DNA of 64,000 nt from Lingula anatina (Eukaryota > Animalia > Brachiopoda). The stretch spans positions 20,026,001 through 20,090,000 of the forward strand of contig CM120646.1 of the NCBI GenBank assembly GCA_051362555.1. Direction: 5' to 3'. A program made the position numbers and the translations under genes. Numbering within the stretch: the stretch's first letter is position 1; each line of letters starts with the position of its first letter. The notes below the pieces were generated by a model that ran no database searches, had not been told where the DNA came from, and saw nothing but the letters and a program-made list of their open reading frames with translations. Of this stretch, positions 55,378 to 64,000 are shown piece by piece.

Positions 55378-58229
55378 GTTTGTTGATGCTTATGTGCCTA
55401 AAACTAAAATATTTTTGAATGAACATCCATAAAAATCGGTAGATATGCAGCGTCATTGCCTCTGTTTACATTTGTCTATTTATAAATAAATACTTCAAAT
55501 AATTTAATCTGTTTGTATTCGGTCTTCCAAGCTATCGCTAAATTTCAGGCTTTATTCCCTTGCTCACCACTAAGCTGTCCTTGTAAACACCGTAGGGCTT
55601 GTATACATAGAGTACAGTACTAGTAAGGTCCAAGTCAGATACTGGCATTTGTAGGGAGTGTGATGTCCACTGACAGGGTGGGGGAGCACTTGGACTTGTG
55701 ACCATATGTGTAAGAAATATATCAAATGTATTGTTTTCAGCTATGCATCATCAGTCTGAATATTATCCAAAACTAGGTCTTCCTACATTGGTAGATCTTG
55801 GATTTTACTTGAGTAAAAAACATGGGTGTTTCTCTTTGTGCTAATAGGTGCAAAATGTGACTGATATTCAGTTATGGAGGAGAGGAGCCTAAGGTGTAAT
55901 GTACAAGTATGTACATTGTCTATGTGTATAGTGTATAGTTCATAGTATTACTTAATCCATGCATTAGCACCCCTATTTGTGTTTTCTGATATATACTAAT
56001 GTGTTAATGCACAAAAGGTGTAAAGTGATGACCAGTTTGCACATCCACAGTGATGTAGAAGGTCTCAAACCATCACGTTATCTCTCATCTCCTCAACCCC
56101 CTAAAAAGTTAACCAGTTTTCCCATTGACAGAGCCGTCAGTAAGGTAAGATTCATCATTATGTCTACTAGTTAGGCTGTCGTGAAATTAAAAACCTCCAA
56201 TTGAGAACCAAAAAGGTACTTCTGAAAGCGTGAGGTAGGTTAAGTAATGATCCAATACTTTTCCCATCAGAAAGCAACCTAGTGCACAGAATCATGTACA
56301 ATAGAAGTTGCATGACCAGCATGATTGTTTGAGAGTTTGTTTCTGGTGAGAATCAATTTCTAATGAATTTCTTGTCTGTACGTCACCGCCATGTATTATT
56401 TTACAACGATCAACCTGGTAAACAGGGACAAACAGGGTGCAAATAGGCAGTAGACAAAGAAACTACTATGAAAGTGTAAAATTTTATATTGCAAGATTAA
56501 ATGTTACAAATTGACAGTGTAACAGAGCCCAAAGTAATTGTAAATTGTAGCAAAAAATGCTGATTGCATTTAGAAAATGTTTCAACCTGCTTTAGACTCT
56601 AAACAGTGAAAAAAAAAGCCAACTGAATAAAAGAAGTATACTGCACATGTACAGGTATAGGCCTGTCATGATAAGTCTAGCTAGTAAGCCTACAGTGCAC
56701 GTGGCCTATACCCAAGGGATCTCCTTGAAATTAGAATTTTGACTAGCTGAATCATACTTCTTAACCATGCCAAGTGGTACTATTAGCCCTTGAAAACAAA
56801 GATTTTTGGGCCCACAAGAAGGCCCCAAACCCCACTTCAAGGGGATAAAGGTCACCTTTGCATTTGAGGCCTATCATTCCTAAAAAACCAGACCCTCTCT
56901 TCAAATAATCCTGGATCAGCCCCTGCAAACCTGTTGGTCATTCTTGTAGTGATTGTAAGTTTCTTCTTGATGTCTTAAATATCCCTTTTGCTTTTTGTGT
57001 CAGCACTAAAAATTTGGAATTTTTTGATGAAGAAATATCTTTGTTACAATAAAATGTCTGTGTTACCGTGCTGTATCTAGTTACTGTTAACAGTGTGTCT
57101 ACTCCATTTTTTGGAGACTATGGTGACAGCAGGGTTTATTGGCAGTGTTGCTTAAAATAACCGATCCCGTTTTAGTCATTCACCTTAAACTAAATAAAGA
57201 TTTTCTGCTAAAATGCCATGTAGTTCATTTAGACTTGTTAGCAGTAGAACACCCAAAAATTAAGAAGACAGTATTAAAAAAACAAAAAAGTTCATAAATT
57301 CATAAGCTAAGCAATCTTACTTGTTTGAGTTCTGCTTGGATCCCCTGTTGATGTAAAGTCAGCTGCTGACCCTGACTAAAAATGAAGATTTTACCAAATT
57401 TCCTTGGTATTCTTGTAGGTAGACATCTCTCAATGTAGAGCCACATTGTTTTTTTTTTTTTTTAGAAAGTCAACCCGAGTTTCTTCTAATCTTTATTGAT
57501 ATATGAGCTGGCAATATGGTGTCAATGAAATACATGTACCATTTAACTAGCATCATGTGTTGATGTTATGATGAACAAATAATATTCATAATTTCAACTG
57601 CACAGCTCGCTTTCAACATTCAGAGAGAAATTGTGATTTTTAAATGTTCATAAGCCAAAGATTACCATAATTATTTCTTTTGATGTGCATTTTTTAAAAT
57701 GTCCATTAAGAAACTTTTCTGTTTTGATTTCAGTTGCCTTTGGACAACCCATACTTTATTGCTGTCTCACTTTTTGTACAAACATTTCCATTAACCTCAC
57801 TTTTCATTCTGCACAGCTGGCAGCATTACAGTTTTATTAGAAAACTGCAGGTGGAGTTTGATATTTTTGTACAGGAAGTTTAGATTCAATGTTAACACTT
57901 ATTAGCAAAGTTTAGGTTACATGCTATGTGTGCAAATTGATATTTTATTAAGTTACCCGAACTGTTTCTCCCAGGTCTGGTTTAAGTCATCTGCAAAAGT
58001 GAGAAATATACAATCAATACTTATTACTTTTGAGTAGTTATGTGGATAGAGACTGGCAAATTTCATTGTTAATGGTAAAATTTAGAACTCATAAATAGAT
58101 GTATAGATCATGATTTTCTCAATGGTTTTGGGTAGGGTATACCTTGGTAATTAATGGAAAACTGTGGAGATTTGCAGGATAATTTTTCTTTTTGAATGTC
58201 TAGCAAAGTTTTTTTATAGAAATGTCTTT

Positions 58230-58404
58230 GGCCCGATTCAGAATAGGGGACTACTAGTAACTAGTCCGAGGGCACAATATGGCGACCCACTACAAAGCTT
58301 GCCAGCTAATAGATACTAAATGTATATATCCCGTGGGGTAGTATTCAAGTGGATCGGCCATATTTGACCCTCAGACTAGTTTAACCCCTATTCTGAATGG
58401 GGCT
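58230..58404. mobile_element. Fold-back MITE related to the 40585-40768 element, opposite orientation, in MOCOS intron 1
   Basis: TIRs are GCCCGATTCAGAATAGGGG and CCCCTATTCTGAATGGGGC. It shares AATATGGCGACCCACTA(C/A)AAAGCTTG with the minus strand of the 40.6-kb element. Confidence 0.75.
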
Positions 58405-58510
58405 TTTTAGTTTAATGTTTCATGTGCCCCTTGAAGTACTCAAGTTTTCCAGGCTGTGCATATTCTATGTCACTTTAAAAAAACATATAAAAATGTTGTT
58501 TCACCCTGGT

Positions 58511-58615
<105 letters not shown>

Positions 58616-58760
58616 TTATTTAGAGATACTTCTTATGTGAGCCGGAGAGTTTTCAAACTTTCTAAAATGTGTTTAACTGGAAAATTTCAGGAGAAGCAGG
58701 GGGAGGGGGGTTATCTTTGCTTGTTCTAGATTCTGATGTTATTTTTGTGAATTTTTTCAG

Positions 58761-58917
58761 ACACAGTATATTTGGACCATGCTGGGGCCACCCTGTATTC
58801 CAAACAGCAGATAGAGAACATCCATAAAGACTTGCTACACGGGGTGTATGGCAACCCTCATAGCAGGAATGCAAGTAGCTGCTTGACAAGTGACACCATC
58901 GAGCAAGTGAGATATAG
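58761..58917 (+). CDS. MOCOS: Molybdenum cofactor sulfurase, coding exon 2 (DTVYLDHAGATLYSKQQIENIHKDLLHGVYGNPHSRNASSCLTSDTIEQVRYR)
   Basis: Acceptor ttttttcag at 58752-58760 and donor AG|GTATAG at 58918. The translation has the aminotransferase class V/NifS motifs YLDHAGAT and YGNPHS plus the MOCOS-typical EQVRYR. Phases (1 in, 2 out) fit both neighbours. It is absent from the ORF track because it has no ATG. Confidence 0.95.
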
Positions 58918-58975
58918 GTATAGATTCCTGGTGTGATCATGCAACTGCACATGCCTGTGCTCACGGGCACGCACA

Positions 58976-58983
<8 letters not shown>

Positions 58984-59018
<35 letters not shown>

Positions 59019-59068
59019 CTGTATTGGAGGTACTTAAACTGATCCTGGTACCCCCTCCCATTCTCTCT

Positions 59069-59116
<48 letters not shown>
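58984..59116. repeat. (CA)n and (CT)n microsatellites at the start of MOCOS intron 2
   Basis: (CA)n at ~58984-59017 and (CT)n at ~59075-59116. Confidence 0.95.
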
Positions 59117-59118
<2 letters not shown>

Positions 59119-60584
59119 TAAAAATGAAATCAGTTTAGTGCTGGGTAAAACTACTAAAATTCTCTACAGTAGAACACATGGCACTGAAAAGAGTGTCATT
59201 CTAATTTGTCTAATGGATGGAAGTTATCATTGTAATGGTGGATCCTCATACTTCACACTACTCTACATATTATGATGTCTGTCAGGCGATTTCTGTCACC
59301 TTCATCTGCACTTGGAGGTGCGTCATGTCAGCCACTGGCTGGACACTTTTGATGGCTCTATTTGTCAAGACAATATTTTGAACAAAAGAAGTTTAAGATT
59401 TGAGATTTGGAGATCATAAGCCCTTAGGACTATATTTCATTGACCTAAAAAGTTTAGTAGGTTTGTGGATGAAATATGTCCTCAGATGATAAAATAGATT
59501 ACAAGGGATTTGACTACCTGGGCTGGTTGCTTTCTTTCTTGATCTTATCAAGGAGGGACCCCTTTTCTGAACTGTCACTTGAAAGACTGGTGGTTGCTTG
59601 TGCACATATAGAATAGGCAGTGGTATCATGAGGGGTCATTCTTTCTTTGTTTTTGGACAGTTTTAATTTGGACCATTTAAGTTCCACAATAAGAAAGTTT
59701 TCATTTTAGTGAAAGAGCTGGTTGAGCAGTCTCTCTTAGTACTAGTGTCCTATCCCTATTTGGCCAATTTTTGGTACAGTTACAATTGATGCAGAGGTTT
59801 CTAATGAACCCAAAAGAAAGAAAAAAGACTATGAAGCCCTTAACAGTATGTTTTTGTATATTCAGTATTGCCAAAAGTCCATAATTCACACTCATTTTAT
59901 TTCAACAGTTTATGTTATAGGAGGGAGGGTGATAAAAAAGAAAAAAAAAGAAACATTTCCTCTTTCCCTGCATTCTTAGTGGCCAAGTTGAAGTTGTCCT
60001 GACCTAGACAGACCCTAAAGAGTCTGCACTGAGGACAGGATTACAAATTGTTCAGCTCAGACAACAAACCTTTTGTAATCAATTTTGCCGTCTGCCAACA
60101 CTCCTGAGCTACAAAGCAGGCTTCTCTTTATAACTCATTCAAACATATCCCCGTAAGTAAGAAAAATGCCTTGTTCTTCAATCTCAACACTTCTTTTCAG
60201 AAAAGAGTTCTAAATATATACTTGACAAATTCAGCCATCAAAGCTGTCCAGCCATGCACTGCTCTGATATGTTGGCTTTTCAACAAAAGACCTAAAAAAG
60301 GGGGCACAATTCTTTACCAAAATAGTAGGGAACTGTTTTGCATGAGGTATTAACTGCTGTTTTGATTGACCTTACACCAAATCTGTCTCATAGAAATGTA
60401 CAACAAAATATATTGCAGTCGCATTTAAGTGTAAACTTGCAGGTTGTACTTATTCAAGGGATAACAACTGTTCATTTTGGCCAAAAAATGGGGTTTTCTT
60501 TTGGTAAATGTTAATTTCCACATACTGACCAATGGTTGATGAATCTTTTCTGACATTCAAAGTTATGGCCCCTCTTTCTCTGTC

Positions 60585-60586
<2 letters not shown>

Positions 60587-60650
<64 letters not shown>
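60587..60650. repeat. Compound (CT)n(GT)n microsatellite
   Basis: Read directly from the sequence. Confidence 0.95.
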
Positions 60651-60653
<3 letters not shown>

Positions 60654-61888
60654 ATGTATGTTTGTGATATGATAATCTTTAGTTAGCAAGTGGTCAGACT
60701 TCAATCAGATATTTTGTTCACTCGGGTATCAGTTGAAGAAATCTGTGTCTCTATTCAAGGTGATAGTATCAAATGTGTACAAAGTGTCAGTAATGAAAAG
60801 AAACATTTTACCTGCTTAGTGCTTCACGGTATGTGTAGTTTCACTGACAGTTGCACTTTGTCACTCAGCACGTACCAGCAGGTACAATATATTATAACAG
60901 GTTCTATCTCTATTCTTTGTTTCGAAAAAAACAAAGCCTGTGTTTGTTATACAACAAAGACTACTTATTGTATAACATACATCTAAAATGGAATGCTATT
61001 TTTTCTTGCCCTGCTTTAACTTGGGTGCAGTGTTAATCCTTGGCATTTTAACACTAAAGTTCATTTTGTGGTAGCTAAATCTATTGCAAACTATATAGAA
61101 GGTTAGGTAATTGTGTCATTATGAATGGGGATCACTAGAGGTAACCCAGTCTCATGACTTATATAGTTTAAAATCAAGCGAGATTTTGTTGAATTTAGAG
61201 GAAAGTGGGATCAAATATAATTTGGTAAACTGGCTAGTGCAGTGCAACAATGAATAAAAGATGGGGAATTTTTTCAACATACATTTTTCTGGTTGTTTTT
61301 CTCTTATGTTCACAACCCTATGAATTTATGATATTTATAGAGTGTCACCTTTGCATTGCTTTATAAGACATACATTTCAAAGTGTATACAGCTTCAACCT
61401 CATCACTACAATGTAGCTCTCACTTCACGCAAATTGAGAAAAGCCTGTCTGTTGACACAATAATTATTAATTGGTGTCTGTGATTAATATTGGTAGTGTG
61501 TTTTGCACAAGATGGCACCACAATATGTAGCTACTGAGAGTTCCATACATAAGTTACTGAGATTGGAAGTAGACATGGTCATACTGTCAAACCCTCAACT
61601 TGCTATCTAGTCAGCTAGTGATGTCATTCTATTCATTTTGTTACCGGTTTGCGTGAATCTTCACAATCATTAGTGGTGCTGTTGTTAACAATTTTTGGTC
61701 TTTTTGTACAGTTTAATTTTCTTTAAAACACCAATTTTTGAAGGTTTTTTTTTTTTTGTGTGATTTTTTAACTATTAAGAATACAACTTCAAATTACCAA
61801 CATTTAATTTATATAGCTTATGCATATTTTCAAATGACGACCAGCATATTTTCCTTGTCACACTAAAGCTTTATTAATGTATTTTCAG

Positions 61889-63435
61889 AGTTTTGGATTT
61901 TTTCAACACCAATTCCAATGAATACAGCGTGATTTTCACACCTGGCTGCACAGCTGCACTCAAACTACTCAGCGAAACGTTTGATTTTACAAATGGCTTC
62001 TGCCAGGCTACCGTATCAAGTCGATGCCAGTCAAGCGCAGCAGGCATCAAGAAGCCTAATGCTGGCCAACCTGCGTCTGAGAGGAGATTTCCTGAAAACA
62101 TGAAGAATACCAAGCTTCACATAGTAAGGGAGGATGAATCACCATGGCAACACAGGGCTTCTGGTCTGACAGAAGTACCAAGTTTATTGAGGCCTCATGA
62201 AGATAGAGGTCAATATGGAGATACCAACATTTTCTTGACAGACGACCTCCAAGATTCTCAACAGGATATGACCAATCAAAAAGCCTCTCTGGTCAAGAGC
62301 GGGATTGTAAAGAAGCCGTCTGTTTGCGCTGGTTATACTTGTTCTCAGCATGTTAAAAGTGATGGCTGTAATACCTCTGGCGCCAGTGATGAATTACGCA
62401 GTGATGACAAGACCATATCAAAGCCAAAAGAGGGCCCTACGCACAGGTGTGAGATACCAAGCACCATCTCCACTACAGATCAGAGTTATAACAGGAAACT
62501 TGAATTATCTGATTTGATTTACTCAGGCCCAGAAAGAAATATTGATTGTAAATTGGACTCCTCAGATTTGCTACCTAATGTAAACTCTGATCAGAGCCAT
62601 GCGGTAGATCTTGAATCAAAAGTCAGTATTTTGAGGGAGGGTAGCTCAGAATCCAGACAGACTTTTAATGAAGAGCCGGAGGAAACTGTAGCTCTTGAAC
62701 CAACCATGAGCGATATCAAACTAGTTGAAAACCCCATTAGAACTGAGGCAATGCCAATTTCCGGGGAAGAGTGCCAAAAGGTCACAAGCACTTGTTCATT
62801 AGAAAGAAGCAGCAAGTCCGTTTTGCTACAGACATCCTCACAACATGGGGTAGGCATACCTGGAAAGTCAAGGATTATTAGCGAAGATAAGGTATCAAAT
62901 GAACAGGTGTCCCAAGGTGTTATGCACTCAGACTCCCGGGGTACACCTGGGGATCAGGTTATGAATCTATCCCAGCATGCAACAGCAGATTTCGGGGTGA
63001 CCCAGCGGGGCTGTTTCTGCTATCTTGCCCAAAATCACACCTCCGTCATAGGAATGCGGGAGATTGTTGCAGAGCGAGGGGCACATCTCTTGTGTGTCAG
63101 TGAGAAGGAACTTTTGAAGCTGGCTAGTAAAACATCCCAAAATGGCAACATGTCTGCTCATAAAACTGTCACCGTAACTACTCAAAGGAATGCACCCAAC
63201 TGTTTATTTGCATACCCTGCCCAGTGTAACTTTTCAGGGAGGAAGTATCCGTTAGTGTGGTTGGATAAAATAAAGAATGGTAAATTAGAACTGACAGAAC
63301 ACCACCCTGGCAACTGGTTCACTGTTTTAGATGCAGCCTCATTTGTGAGCACTTCCAAGTTAGACCTCCAACTGCACAGCCCTGATTTTGTCACCTTGTC
63401 ATTTTACAAAATATTTGGCTTTCCTACTGGTATAG
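61889..63435 (+). CDS. MOCOS: Molybdenum cofactor sulfurase, coding exon 3 (1547 nt; NifS-like PLP domain with a long insertion); gene continues beyond the window
   Basis: Acceptor attttcag at 61881-61888 and donor G|GTAAGA at 63436. It matches ORF 61893..63479. Motifs are VIFTPGCTAALKL, FCYLAQNHTSVIGMR, LFAYPAQCNFSGRKYPL, VLDAASFVST and DFVTLSFYKIFGFPTGIG, with the PLP lysine codon at 63408-63410. The ORF tail KISICNKKEAMLI is intron read-through. Confidence 0.95.
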
Positions 63436-64000
63436 GTAAGATATCTATTTGTAACAAGAAGGAAGCCATGTTGATATGAGATGTAGTGGCTGCTCCAGGA
63501 TATCAATAAGCCCCTGTCTACCTCATCACCTGCTAACTCCCTCCCCCACAAAAAAAAAAGAGAAAAAAGTCCAAATGCACCTTTGTGTATCACTTTTTTC
63601 TCTGTCAACAACTGCACTATTATAGAGAGTGATCAAAAGAGGATTGCCCTAGATACAAAGGCAAGTCATTAGTGCAAATTGCCACAGAATGCTTTCATAT
63701 GTAGTTTGTTTTAATACTAGGAGTGATGTGAAAGGATTTTATTCAGTTCGAGTGGGAAATTAATCAGCTTCATTACAAATAACCAGTTCTAATACTGTTA
63801 GGTTGTTGCTATATATCATCTGTTCATCTGTCTGTCTCTATATTTAGTCCTGTTGAACACTTTCATGGAGGGTTGCCCAGGGCAATGAACTTGGGTAAAA
63901 ACTTGAAAATTTCATCACTTAGAAATTAATTCATATTTTAAAATGCTTGAATTTGACATGACCATATTAGTTGACAAACCTTTCAAAATTATCAAGAGGC

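Noticed and set aside
63436-63479. Apparent C-terminus and stop of the 528-aa ORF, suggesting a truncated MOCOS lacking the MOSC domain
   Set aside because: Homology ends exactly at a G|GTAAGA donor, so the remaining exons should lie beyond the window.

Overview
This is AT-rich, CpG-depleted, microsatellite-rich eukaryotic DNA, not prokaryotic. The repeat types suggest an invertebrate bilaterian, possibly a mollusc, but that is inference. The only gene I can identify confidently is the 5' part of molybdenum cofactor sulfurase (MOCOS/ma-l/ABA3 family), on the + strand with three exons at 55269-55377, 58761-58917 and 61889-63435; it continues past the window. Its third exon carries a ~340-codon open insertion inside the NifS-like PLP domain. 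MOCOS sits head-to-head, about 170 bp away, with a probable first exon of an unidentified minus-strand gene. The first ~54.8 kb looks like giant intronic sequence of that gene, containing candidate small exons, a candidate recursive splice site and enhancer-like motif clusters. At 43.0-48.2 kb there is a nested pair of non-autonomous Helentron-type (HINE/DINE-1-like) rolling-circle elements. The inner one carries a ~12-copy 146-bp tandem array in which every unit has a nuclear-receptor DR1 motif. Several MITEs are also present (hAT-like with 8-bp TSD, PIF/Harbinger-like with TTA TSD, fold-back and piggyBac-like). Almost all ORFs in the supplied track are spurious.
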